Shown here: piece by piece, positions 50,758 through 60,847 of the stretch | Layout: every line of letters starts with the position of its first letter | How positions within the stretch are numbered: position 1 is the stretch's first letter | Virus record (IMG/VR): IMGVR_UViG_3300036766_002286 | Direction: 5' to 3' (one strand) | DNA: 64,000 nt | Origin: a virus | Lineage: Duplodnaviria; Caudoviricetes | Translations under genes and position numbers: made by a program | Notes under the pieces: generated by a model | Database searches by the model: none | What the model was told of the DNA's origin: nothing | The model's input: the letters and a program-made list of their open reading frames with translations, nothing else

Positions 50758-51195
50758 ATGGCAAAACGACACCCTATTTATTATATCACAGGCTATGGTT
50801 ATCCAAGAGTTCTCACAACTCTTGGTGATCTTCAAGATGAGGATTTCGCAGACGCTGATTTTAGGGGTGCCGACCTGTCAAACTGGAATTTCCGAGGTGT
50901 TGACTTATCAAGAGCGAGTTTGTATGGTGTGAATATGACAAATATTAATCTAGAGGGTGCTACCCTAAATAATGCAAATTTTCGTGGAACAAATTTGACT
51001 AGGGCTAACCTCAAAAATACAAGATGTTACGCAACTAATTTTGAAGGTTCCGACCTTAAATATGCGAATCTTGAACACGCTAACTTGGCGCATGCAATTT
51101 TTCTCAAAGCAAACCTCCACGCAACAAATTTAACAGACGCGATAATTCATGACACAAAAATGCCCAACGGGATCATACAGACCGATTGGGTATAG
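50758..51195 (+). CDS. Pentapeptide repeat protein
   Basis: Repeats; KMPNG C-cap. Confidence 0.9.
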   Translation: MAKRHPIYYITGYGYPRVLTTLGDLQDEDFADADFRGADLSNWNFRGVDLSRASLYGVNMTNINLEGATLNNANFRGTNLTRANLKNTRCYATNFEGSDLKYANLEHANLAHAIFLKANLHATNLTDAIIHDTKMPNGIIQTDWV

Positions 51196-51198
51196 TAG

Positions 51199-51444
51199 TT
51201 ATCTAAAAGTAACTCTTGAATGAAACCGCTGCGTATAATGCTCATCTCCGGGTCCAACTCTTTGAACCAAAAATGTTCCAAGTTCGTAGGTTTTGACACA
51301 CTCGGTCACTACCTGCACGTCTTCGCCACCTACTCCTATTACTTCACCATTTTTTACAGCTATTACTTTACCATCATATTTTTCAACTAATGCTGTCTGG
51401 TTGGCTAGGTACCATTCAAATTCTTTTTCCAATGCAATAGTCAT
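51199..51444 (-). CDS. Small hypothetical protein (DUF5678-like)
   Basis: EFEWY..NQ..LVEKYDGKVIAVKNGEVIG pattern. Confidence 0.6.
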   Translation of the reverse strand: MTIALEKEFEWYLANQTALVEKYDGKVIAVKNGEVIGVGGEDVQVVTECVKTYELGTFLVQRVGPGDEHYTQRFHSRVTFR

Positions 51445-51457
51445 AGTAAACTCCGAG

Positions 51458-51976
51458 TTAGCATATCTGAAATCCGCCGCAGTCTGCTAAAAATTCTCCG
51501 AATTCCTGAACATTTTCCACAGAAAATGGATATTCCATAGCCCAGTTTGCTTTTTGTCCTATTCCGCCGCATCCATTACACCAGCCGATCTCACGACCAA
51601 CCTTCACCGCAGTTTTTTCATCTAATACCTTATCTACAAAACCCTCAGTAATACCAACCAAGTCTTTTCTGATTCCGGTACCTTCACACCATTCACACAC
51701 TTCAAGCTCGAGCTCAGACAAGCCTTTATAATAGTTCTCACTATATGTCGCAACCGCCCCGCTTTTCACCTCATCAATCAAACATTTTGCAAGCAATCTG
51801 CTATCATGTTCGTCTAGGCCATCTCCATCATTAGAGTACGCATATTGTACTTTTGAAGCAATCCCAGGATGAGTATCTTCACAATATTTCCACAACGGCC
51901 GCCACCACCATATGTTGTTGCGAAAATAATTGCCTTTTTCCGATGTAGGATTCGTGCCATACACATCCATTCCCAT
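51458..51976 (-). CDS. Conserved phage-type hypothetical protein with DnaJ-like CxxCxGxG motifs
   Basis: MGMDVYG..YFRNNIWWWRPLW..CEWCEGTG..CNGCGGIG..YPFSVENV..CGGFQIC. Confidence 0.7.
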   Translation of the reverse strand: MGMDVYGTNPTSEKGNYFRNNIWWWRPLWKYCEDTHPGIASKVQYAYSNDGDGLDEHDSRLLAKCLIDEVKSGAVATYSENYYKGLSELELEVCEWCEGTGIRKDLVGITEGFVDKVLDEKTAVKVGREIGWCNGCGGIGQKANWAMEYPFSVENVQEFGEFLADCGGFQIC

Positions 51977-52242
51977 ATTTATCCCTTTTTCTCCACCTTA
52001 TTATTATGCACTCTCATTATTTATTGGCATATCATATTTTATATAAATACCTATTGTCAACAGTAAGCCTGTAATGTTTACTATTGGGGCAAATACCTAT
52101 CACACAGATAATAAGTTTAAAATACCTATACAAGCCTTGCCGTCGCACTATTTACCTGTAGTACAATAAGACAAAACCAGAGGAACTAGTACTATAAAAA
52201 AGACCTTATCTATATTGACTATGACAATACGAGGTCACTTGT

Positions 52243-52882
52243 ATGAGGCGCTTAATAACGCTAATCGCAGTAATACTGGCAGCTATTCTAGCTATCGGTG
52301 AGCCCGCTCTCGCCACCAAAGGCACCGCGCAGTGTTCCACCATCGATGCCATTATAGTAAAAAAGACAAGTACCTATAGATGTACAAAAATTGACAACTC
52401 ACTCAAGTGGGTTCTTATTCCCCACCAACTACAAATATCCTACTCATCTCCTACTGCTGACGCTTTAGTTGTTATTAGTGAGCTGATTGCAGCTGTTAAT
52501 TGGGAACGCACTAAAGCAGGACTCAAACCAGTTGCCGAATGTTTCGCACTGCAAAGGTCGCACCGGCGCGCACTCTCAAGACATGACTACAAAGGATTTT
52601 TTCGGCCATGTAAACTTAAGTGGCCAAACCCACGCAGATCGAATCCGTTTGATTGTTTATATGAGTATCACAAACCGACACTGGACCGGAGAGGATGTCG
52701 CCGCAGGATTTGCTGACGTTGCTTATGTTATAATTGCTTGGATGAAATCCCCACATCATCGCGCAAATATCCTAAATCCCATATTCACACACCTAGGCGT
52801 AGGTTTTGCTACCCTCGACCAAGACAGCATCTATGCTGGTTTTGTTTGGACTCAAGATTTCGGATCTGGCGGAATTTGCTAA
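52243..52882 (+). pseudogene. Secreted CAP/SCP-domain protein, frameshifted
   Basis: Signal peptide and VNWERTKAGL in one frame; AHSQDM..FFGH..WMKSPHHRANIL..WTQDFG in another. Confidence 0.75.
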
Positions 52883-52986
52883 TCAAAAACTAGAATCATG
52901 CTAATAACAGACAAACCAAACAAGCTCGCCTCATTGCCGTACCGGCGGGCATCTGCACAATAAAGTAAACCACCCGGGAGCATTTC

Positions 52987-53250
52987 ATGACTAGAAGATT
53001 TGAAGTACCTTCAGACCATATTCCAGTAAGAGTTGAGTCAGACGGTAATATTGGTTTTATCGCCCTCACTTCCGTTTTGCCTATTTACGGAACAGGTGCA
53101 ACGAGACAAGAAGCAATAGCTATGTTGAAATCTGAAATTGAGAGTCTTTTTGAGGAACTACAGTCAGGTGACCTCTTTTCAGCAGAGTGGATTGCTAGAA
53201 AAAAGTTCTTAGAGAGCCTTCCCCGCTCATTTGACGACCATAAGGATTAA
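52987..53250 (+). CDS. HicB-like antitoxin domain protein
   Basis: IYGTGATRQEAIAML matches the HicB G-x-T-x-E-E-A pattern. Confidence 0.5.
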   Translation: MTRRFEVPSDHIPVRVESDGNIGFIALTSVLPIYGTGATRQEAIAMLKSEIESLFEELQSGDLFSAEWIARKKFLESLPRSFDDHKD

Positions 53251-53256
53251 CTACTA

Positions 53257-53871
53257 GTGGGCCAGATCTTTTGTTCATTGGTATTGTTAGTATCGTTTGT
53301 TTTTCCACAAGACGCAAATCAAGCTACAAAGCGCCAACCACCGGCAAAAGAAGCTCTCTTGGTCGGAGACTCTGTACTAGCAAACATAGCTAATTACAAT
53401 GATGCCATGCAGTTACTAGCAGCCCAGCACCCGTTCATTTTCAAAGCAGTAGTCTGTCAACGACTGATCACTTACGGCTGCAAAAAAACAGCCAGGCAAA
53501 GTTCGCTAGATATACTTAAAGACAATTCTGGCAAATTCTCAAAAGTAGTAGTCGTAGCAACCGGATACAACGATTATGATAACAGCTCTTTTTCAAAAGC
53601 AATCGCAGAAGTTTCAACTGAGGCTAGTCGCCAAGGTGTACTTATTCTATGGTTGACATATAGAGAGCAAGGAACCGTCCAAAAAAAGGCAATTTCATTC
53701 AATATACAGCTTAGAAAATTTGCCCAAGTTGTCCCAAATCTTCGCATTCTTGACTGGAACGAAATTAGCTTTAACCATGATTCGTGGTTCGCAAAAGATA
53801 AAATTCATACGTCCCACATAGGTTCACTTGAAATGGCAAAGGCAATTTCGGACATACTCGCCGGTTTTTAA
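53257..53871 (+). CDS. SGNH/GDSL hydrolase-like secreted protein
   Basis: LVGDSV, TGYND and DKIH blocks. Confidence 0.75.
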   Translation: MGQIFCSLVLLVSFVFPQDANQATKRQPPAKEALLVGDSVLANIANYNDAMQLLAAQHPFIFKAVVCQRLITYGCKKTARQSSLDILKDNSGKFSKVVVVATGYNDYDNSSFSKAIAEVSTEASRQGVLILWLTYREQGTVQKKAISFNIQLRKFAQVVPNLRILDWNEISFNHDSWFAKDKIHTSHIGSLEMAKAISDILAGF

Positions 53872-53956
53872 TAGTTAAGTCGCACATACGTACATCTGTA
53901 GGTGTATTGCCGCATAATATACAAACAGTACAATGAATTGGAACCAAGGAGTCATA

Positions 53957-54469
53957 ATGACACAAAATGTTCATGATATCTCGTCCGCTATTTTAAATCT
54001 TAAGTCCCCCATGAGCTTAGAGAGATTACAAAACATCTTGTTTTACGCATGCGGAGAATATGCCGCACTCACCATGGATGCTTTATTCCTTGAAAATATA
54101 TTAATGTCACAATCTGGCCCTAGAGTTCAAGAAATTGATACTTTATATCAACCATACCTCAAAGGAGATTTAATTCCAACTGCCTTTTCTGGAGATTTCA
54201 CTGTTCTTAATGATACACAAGCCGTCACAATCGAATATATTCATGAAAGATATGGATCCTACACAGACGAGCAGTTTTCCAAACTTCTTGGAGAAATTCC
54301 TATCTGGAAAAAGACATATTTGAAGGGTTCCTTCAGCTCAGAAGTTTCTTTAGCTATGCTAATAGCCGTTTTCCGTCAGCACATATCTGATGTCAAGATC
54401 TCGCCCGCCCGCTTAGATTACTTCTTTTCTGACAGCCGTAGCGTGGAACAACTTCTAGACAATTCTTGA
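53957..54469 (+). CDS. SocA/GepA (DUF4065, Panacea)-like antitoxin protein
   Basis: RLQNILFYA..LF.ENI....GPRV..Y pattern; AAGGAG RBS. Confidence 0.6.
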   Translation: MTQNVHDISSAILNLKSPMSLERLQNILFYACGEYAALTMDALFLENILMSQSGPRVQEIDTLYQPYLKGDLIPTAFSGDFTVLNDTQAVTIEYIHERYGSYTDEQFSKLLGEIPIWKKTYLKGSFSSEVSLAMLIAVFRQHISDVKISPARLDYFFSDSRSVEQLLDNS

Positions 54470-54536
54470 TTAGGATTTCACCAACTTTAGTACTATAGGT
54501 TAAATCTTACGTGGGATTCTAAGCAAAAATTACAAT

Positions 54537-54830
54537 TTAGGGTTTAGTTAAAAAATATTTGATTGCCACCGTAATCTCTTTTTCACCCACAAATTGACCT
54601 TCTTTTATCTGCAATATTGGTCGTGCTAGGTTCTCATCTGCCGAGAACAAAAAAGCAATAGAATTATCATCAAGAAGTTTTATAAGGTTTTTGACCCCCT
54701 CACTATTCTGGTCCCCAAAAAGTTGTGCTCGGGTGGTCCCAAAAAAAGCTTCCCGCATCATCGGGTCCTGCAACATTTGTTCGTATAAAGACGGTTTCTT
54801 TATTAAATCACTTGTACTATCTATTGTCAT
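54537..54830 (-). CDS. Hypothetical protein
   Basis: GAGG RBS, 97 aa. Confidence 0.5.
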   Translation of the reverse strand: MTIDSTSDLIKKPSLYEQMLQDPMMREAFFGTTRAQLFGDQNSEGVKNLIKLLDDNSIAFLFSADENLARPILQIKEGQFVGEKEITVAIKYFLTKP

Positions 54831-54980
54831 ATGTAACCTCGATGCTCACTTCTACTATCAAGGCTATACTAGTATCTTAAAGCCATAATTGACTAATTTC
54901 GACACCGCTAGTTTTATTGCTTTATCTCTTTTTATAGGCACAATATATTATAACATATATCACAAGATAAAGGAGCTCAG

Positions 54981-55763
54981 ATGCCAACCCCTAGAATCTA
55001 CAAAAACGAACGTGTCCCGCGAACACAGTACGTCGACTCGACAAAATGGATAGGTGCCTAGTTATATGAGGAAAATTTTGAAAGTGCTGATTTATCTGGA
55101 ATGGATATTTCTCAAGCAAACTTGCATGGAGTCAACCTGTCGCACGCCGACTTGTCAGGCACTCTTTTAGCTCGGACCAACTTGGCTGGCTCTCAGCTGG
55201 TTTATGCGCTTCTTGACGGCACAAACTTCACGTCCGCCAATCTCCGCTCCGCTTTACTAGCAAATGCCCGTATGATGCAAGCCATTTTGGATCAAGCAGA
55301 TTTAACGCTAGCTGATTTACGTGGTGTCTACTTGTATAAAGCATCTATAACACGCGCCAACCTAAAAAGCGCGAATCTTGAAGGTGCAGATCTTCGCATC
55401 GCTGATTTATCTAATTCAATTATGTCTTTTGTAAATTTTCAAACTGCAAATTTAGAAGGAGCTAAACTTATTAGCGTTACAGCAGTAAGGGCGTTTTTTA
55501 ATGGAGCCGATCTCAGTCGTGCTAACCTACATCATGCAGATATGCACAACTCAAGTCTCACGCAAAGTATTCTACAAGATGCCAATCTAACTTCGGCCTC
55601 ATTTGCAGGCGCTGACCTTAGAGAAGCCGATCTTACACACACAATCCTAGCCAATTCCGACCTCAGCGGAGCAGATCTCACCTGGGCCGCAATAAAAGAC
55701 ACTGATCTATCGCAAGCTGTTCTCACAGGTTGCACTATGCCAGATGGTACTATACATGTATAA
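54981..55763 (+). pseudogene. Pentapeptide repeat protein with in-frame TAG at codon 27
   Basis: AAGGAG-ATG at 54981 in frame with 55101..55763; CTMPDGTIHV. Confidence 0.75.
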
Positions 55764-56487
55764 CTTCAGCGATAAACCCCCCAAACTTAAACGTAACGAC
55801 GTACTAGCAATAATTTCCAGCGGTGGTACTTTAGCTGGCACTAATTTATGTGGTGTTGACTTACATGGAATTGATTTTTGTAAGATTAGTTTATCTGATG
55901 TCAACTTCTATCAAGGAAATCTTAGTTGTGCTAATTTATCACACTGTGACATGTCTCGCGCGTACCTAGCCGGAGTTAATGTTAGAAAAGCTGATTTTTC
56001 TTACAGTCTTCTGACAGCGATCATCGCATCTTGTATCGAAGGAAAAGGAGCTAATTTTCATAAAGCCAATTTAACCAGAGCACTTTTTGATGGGGCGATT
56101 TTAACTCAAGCTAATCTTAGTGAGGTAATCGCCGCAGGCTATGGGGAACATAGCGAAGATGACCCTCATCCAGATACCTATACAAGTTTTCTTGATGCAA
56201 ATTTAACAGGCGCAGATTTGTCTAGATCCGATATGCAAGGGGTGTGGTTGGCCCAAGCCAGACTTGTCGGCGCGAACCTAACAGGTACTAATTTAAAGGC
56301 TGCAAGTCTTTATCGTGCTAATTTAACAGATGCAGACTTAACAAATGCAGACCTACAAAAAGCAGATTTAACAGGTTGCCGCCTAGCTGGCGCGATACTT
56401 AAAAGAGCTAATTTTACCGGCGCCACATTAGACACATACCCAGACTGGTCCGGCGCAATTATGCCAGACGGCAGTATTCATACCTAG
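55756..56487 (+). CDS. Pentapeptide repeat protein
   Basis: Coupled start MYNFSD; GYGEHSEDDPHPDTYT loop; IMPDGSIHT. Confidence 0.9.
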   Translation: MYNFSDKPPKLKRNDVLAIISSGGTLAGTNLCGVDLHGIDFCKISLSDVNFYQGNLSCANLSHCDMSRAYLAGVNVRKADFSYSLLTAIIASCIEGKGANFHKANLTRALFDGAILTQANLSEVIAAGYGEHSEDDPHPDTYTSFLDANLTGADLSRSDMQGVWLAQARLVGANLTGTNLKAASLYRANLTDADLTNADLQKADLTGCRLAGAILKRANFTGATLDTYPDWSGAIMPDGSIHT

Positions 56488-56609
56488 CAATTCCAGCAAC
56501 TATTTGTTCGTTCAAATCAGCCTCAATAGTATCACAATACAAAGTGGCTATACTTTAAAACCACATTAAACAAAATATATAGTATTACAATACAAGTTCA
56601 GGAGATATT

Positions 56610-57194
56610 GTGCCCTCAGATCCAAAATATATCGACAAAGATGGAAATCCAGCAACCCTAAAATATCGCGGTCGTGACTACGACCTAGACTCCGCTAATT
56701 TATCAGGCCTTGACCTGAGAGGTCAGGAGCTTATAGCCATCCGTGCTCCTGATGCTGATTTTTCTAACGCCGATTTATCCAATACTAACATGTCTTACAG
56801 TAATCTTGATGACGCTGATTTTACTTCCGCAAACCTCAAGGGAGCTTGCTTAGATAGTACTTTTTGTGATGGTAGTAGTTTTTACAAAGCAGACCTAACT
56901 AATGCAAGTCTAGAATCAGCGGCTATATTTGATTGTACTTTTGATGATGCCCGCTGTGTTAATGCAAACTTCACAAGAGCCAATATGGGTGGTTCTGGTC
57001 TGCATCGTACAGATTTTACTGGGGCAAATCTGTCTTATGCTCGTATGACAAACACCAACGTAAAAGACACAGACTTCACTAATGCTAATTTAACCGGCGC
57101 CATGTTTACAGACGAGTTTGCCGACAAAGCTCCAGACATGTCTACAGCAATTTTTAAAAATACTATTATGCCAGACGGCGCAGTACATCCATAA
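56610..57194 (+). CDS. Acidic pentapeptide repeat protein
   Basis: YIDKDG N-cap; Asp-rich; IMPDGAVHP. Confidence 0.9.
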   Translation: MPSDPKYIDKDGNPATLKYRGRDYDLDSANLSGLDLRGQELIAIRAPDADFSNADLSNTNMSYSNLDDADFTSANLKGACLDSTFCDGSSFYKADLTNASLESAAIFDCTFDDARCVNANFTRANMGGSGLHRTDFTGANLSYARMTNTNVKDTDFTNANLTGAMFTDEFADKAPDMSTAIFKNTIMPDGAVHP

Positions 57195-57204
57195 GGAGGA
57201 TATA

Positions 57205-58107
57205 GTGTTTGCTGATAAAAACTCCCCAAACGAAGTACTCAATAGAGTTGAAACCCATCAAACCATGCGAAATCAAGATCTAAGCAACATGGACTTAAGT
57301 GGCTTTTTGCTTGCCGGCGGCGATTTTAGAGGCTCAAACTTTACGGATGCCAATTTAAGTCGGTCCAGCTTCAAAGGTGCAGATTTGACCGGGGCCAAGT
57401 TGTCCAATGCAAATATTGAAGGCTCTAATTTTAGTTCCGTAAGGCTTAGTAACGCCAATTTAACCAATACCTATTTTCGTGGTGCTAATTTAGCAAAAGC
57501 AGATATGACTCGAGCTACTTTTAATAACACAAATCTGGAAGGCTCCAACCTTGATGAGGCAAATCTTACTTCAGCCCTATTTACAAATGTTATTTTAAGC
57601 AGAACAGCTTTAATTGGCGTACTTTTCTGTAATGTTATACTTGATGGTGTAGTTTTCACCAGCTTAAAGATGCATGATGCAGATTTTACTTCCGCTTCAC
57701 TTAAAGGTACTATTTTCGAGGATACCGAGTGCTATGGTGCTAATTTCGAAGGCCTGAATTTGCAAGAAACGAGGTTCAAAGATGTGTATTTAAATGGTGC
57801 AAATTTCACAAACGCAAATCTCACTTTTGTAAATCTTAGCAATATAGATCTAAACTTAGCGTGTTTTATTAATGCTAAGCTAGGCGGCGCAAACTTAAAG
57901 GGCGCTGATTTATCTGAAGCTAATCTCTCCGGAGCTGAGCTAACCATGGCTGCTCTACAAGGCGCTCGTCTGAATGATGCTAATCTGACGGACGCTGATT
58001 TAGCTAGAGCAAATTTGACCGGGGCTAATTTATCTGGCGTCGTATTGTCTGATAGCCAGATAGCAGAATGTATAGGTTATAGCGAAACTATAAGAGACGC
58101 CGAATGA
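57205..58107 (+). CDS. Long pentapeptide repeat protein
   Basis: TAAGGAGG-GTG start; C-cap VVLSDSQIAECIGY. Confidence 0.9.
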   Translation: MFADKNSPNEVLNRVETHQTMRNQDLSNMDLSGFLLAGGDFRGSNFTDANLSRSSFKGADLTGAKLSNANIEGSNFSSVRLSNANLTNTYFRGANLAKADMTRATFNNTNLEGSNLDEANLTSALFTNVILSRTALIGVLFCNVILDGVVFTSLKMHDADFTSASLKGTIFEDTECYGANFEGLNLQETRFKDVYLNGANFTNANLTFVNLSNIDLNLACFINAKLGGANLKGADLSEANLSGAELTMAALQGARLNDANLTDADLARANLTGANLSGVVLSDSQIAECIGYSETIRDAE

Positions 58108-58580
58108 CAACAAATATCAAATATATTGATCATAACGGCAACTCCCAAGTTCTAGAATGCAGCGAAACTTGGATGGGTGGTAAGGATTTGCGTGGAATTG
58201 ACCTACATGCAGCCGACCTAAGTAATGCTAATCTATGTGTCGCTAATTTATCCGGTGCTAATTTAACAGGTGTAAACTTAAGTGGCGCTTATTTGTATGG
58301 GGTCAATCTGCAGGGCGCGCAGCTATGTAATGCTAATCTACAAGCCGCTATCTGTATATTAGCCGACTTTCGGGAAGCTAATCTAAAAGGAGTTAATCTA
58401 TCTGACGCTAATTTGGATAGCGCTAATTTTAGTAATGCCAATCTAAGTTCAGTAAGTCTTGAGGGTGCTTACTTATATGGAGCAAATCTACGTGACACTG
58501 ATTTGACAGATACGAAAGTGTCTGAAGAGCAGAAAAATTTCCGCCTCGGCTTTGGTGAAACTAGAAGAGATCTAAAATGA
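58104..58580 (+). CDS. Pentapeptide repeat protein
   Basis: IKYIDHNG N-cap; TKVSEEQK. Confidence 0.9.
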   Translation: MTTNIKYIDHNGNSQVLECSETWMGGKDLRGIDLHAADLSNANLCVANLSGANLTGVNLSGAYLYGVNLQGAQLCNANLQAAICILADFREANLKGVNLSDANLDSANFSNANLSSVSLEGAYLYGANLRDTDLTDTKVSEEQKNFRLGFGETRRDLK

Positions 58581-59065
58581 AACTGCCCATCACATATATT
58601 GACCGCAACGGCGTCACTCAACGCCTAGAATGCAGCGAACCATGGAGCCCGCCATGGACAGGTAAGGATCTGCGTGGAGCAGACTTGCGTGGAGCAGATC
58701 TTAGTGACGCTATTTTGATTATTGCTGATCTATATGGCGCCGATTTACGAGGCGCTAATTTAAGCGAAGCTGATTTGCAGGGCGCTGATCTGCGTGGTGT
58801 GCAACTATGTGACGCTAACTTGCATGGTGCTCGTTTAGGGCAAGCCGACTTACGACGCGCTAATCTATATGGAGTTGATTTGAGTGATGCTGATCTGAGG
58901 GGCGCTCATTTCAATAGCGCCTGTTTGGTTGGTGCAAATTTAGCCGGTGCTTATTTATATCTCACTAATTTTTGTGGCGCTGATCTAACAGGCACCAAAG
59001 TGCTGCCAGAACAGAGCAATTTCTGTGTAGCAGGCTTTAATAGAACTAAAAGAGATCCAAAGTGA
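58577..59065 (+). CDS. Pentapeptide repeat protein (paralogue of 58104)
   Basis: Shared LECSE.W and GKDLRG. Confidence 0.9.
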   Translation: MKLPITYIDRNGVTQRLECSEPWSPPWTGKDLRGADLRGADLSDAILIIADLYGADLRGANLSEADLQGADLRGVQLCDANLHGARLGQADLRRANLYGVDLSDADLRGAHFNSACLVGANLAGAYLYLTNFCGADLTGTKVLPEQSNFCVAGFNRTKRDPK

Positions 59066-59085
59066 GACACCAATTATTTTAAGCG

Positions 59086-59547
59086 TTATTGTTTACGTAC
59101 ACGCCCATCAGACATAATAGTATCACAGAAAACTGCACCCGTCAGATCCATTTGTGCCCTGTCTACTCCATAAAAATTAGCTCTAGTCAAATTTGCCTTA
59201 TAAAAAATAGTATTTTGCATAACAGCTTTTGTAAAATTTGCACCACTTAGGTCGGTTTTAGTAAAATCTGTACCATTTAAGTTAGTTGCTCCAAAATTGG
59301 CCTTAAATGCTTTAGTTTCAGTAATTTCGCTCCACGTAAGCTACAACCTTCAAGATTTGTCTCATTTAAATGTGCCCCCAGTCAAATCAGCTTCGCTTAA
59401 ATTAGCGCCACTTAAGTCGTCTCTATAGTCTAACCAGCACCCTATCAACTTTGCCTCATGCAGATCAATATTTCTCCAACTTTCACCTCTGACTAGAACA
59501 GCACTATCCCCAGTACTCGTAAAATATTTTACATCAGGAACTATCAT
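59086..59547 (-). pseudogene. Pentapeptide repeat protein with two frameshifts
   Basis: Extra G in G5 run near 59376 and a later 1-nt deficit; repeats resume and end IMSDGRVRKQ. Confidence 0.7.
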
Positions 59548-59573
59548 AAAGATATTATATACTACTAATCAAA

Positions 59574-60202
59574 CTATAAAGCACAATTATAAATAGAGCC
59601 ATCTGGCATTATAGCGTTAGTTCTATCAGCGTTTTTAAATGTAGCACCCTCAATGTTAGCATCTGTAAAATTGACATATCTCAGATCAGCATCAGTAAAA
59701 TCTGCGCGCCTACAGTCGGCTCCAGCTAAGTTTACGCCTCTAAAAAAGGTCCCTACTAAATCTGCACCAGTCAAATCCGCCTTTTCTAAGTTGGCGCCAA
59801 ATTTAGTATCTTCCTTACCAGGATATTTCCCATCATTTCCCAGGCGCGCCTCTTGCAGGTTAGCTCTCCTCAAATTTGCCCCTCTAACTTCGCAGATTTA
59901 AGTTCAGCTCTTGTAAGATTGGCTCTGTGAAGATTAGCATCGATTAGTTTTGCATAATTTAAATCAGCCTCATACAGGTCAGCTCCTGATAAATTCGCTC
60001 CTGTAAAGTCACAACCATATAAGCTAGTACTATTTAAATTTGCATTCGTAAAATCAGCCCCAGCACAAAGTGACCATGCCATATTCACACCCGGCAACTC
60101 CACATTTTTCAAATCAACACCAGTTAAATCGACATCAGCACAGCACTCTTTTGCTAGGATTTTAGCCAAAAGCTCGTCACGAGTAAGTTTTTTACTAGTC
60201 AT
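59574..60202 (-). pseudogene. Pentapeptide repeat protein, frameshifted
   Basis: One more G in the G4 run near 59880 joins the two ORFs (LEGANLRRANL); IMPDGS. Confidence 0.75.
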
Positions 60203-60246
60203 AATAGGTCTCCTTTATATAATTATATTATATTTTATCTGTCAAA

Positions 60247-60786
60247 CTATATAGTACCAGAGTAAATAGTACCATCCGACATAGTTGTACCCATTAGATT
60301 AGCATCGGTAAAGTTTGTATCTTTTATTATAGCATCAGTCAGATCAGCATCACGAAGGTCTGCGCCAGTAAAATCTACGTTACTTAAATCTGCTTCTATA
60401 AATTTCGCACCATTCAATTTAGCATTACGAAAGGTAGCTTCATTAAGGCTGCACGCAGTTAGTTTGGCATTCTTAAGGTCTGCTCTCATAAAACTAGCTC
60501 CAATCAAAGTTGCTCCTATAAATTTTGTATAGCTCAAATCAGCCCCAGTAAACTCCGCCTCAGTTGCCTTCACATCTGAAAAGTCAGAACCATAAAGTTC
60601 CGAGCCACTTAGGTCAGATCTAGACAAATCGGTACCTGTAAAGCACGCCCACCTCGCATTAAGGTCACGTAAGTCCGTTCCAGATAAATCAATGCCAGAC
60701 ACATCCAAAGCACCAAAAATTTTTCTTGGTGGATGTGCTACTATAAGCTCGTCACGAGTAAGTTTTTCGAGCCTTTCATTATCCAT
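60247..60786 (-). CDS. Pentapeptide repeat protein
   Basis: KLTRDEL N-cap shared with 60202; TMSDGT. Confidence 0.9.
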   Translation of the reverse strand: MDNERLEKLTRDELIVAHPPRKIFGALDVSGIDLSGTDLRDLNARWACFTGTDLSRSDLSGSELYGSDFSDVKATEAEFTGADLSYTKFIGATLIGASFMRADLKNAKLTACSLNEATFRNAKLNGAKFIEADLSNVDFTGADLRDADLTDAIIKDTNFTDANLMGTTMSDGTIYSGTI

Positions 60787-60813
60787 AATAAATCTCCTTT
60801 AAATAATTACACT

Positions 60814-60843
60814 ATACTATCCACGCCTAACTCTGAAAAACAA
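60814..60843 (-). promoter_or_regulatory. Putative promoter
   Basis: TTGTTT-18nt-TAGTAT upstream of 60786. Confidence 0.4.
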
Positions 60844-60847
60844 GACT

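Noticed and set aside
54981-55763. Stop-codon reassignment suggested by in-frame stops
   Set aside because: The interrupting stops are of all three kinds (TAG, TAA, TGA), and all three also end genes right after conserved C-caps
683-59901. Many antisense ORFs rich in KLAP/RSAP/KFA overlapping PRP genes
   Set aside because: Shadow frames produced by the reverse complement of pentapeptide codons; no RBS and fully overlapping real genes
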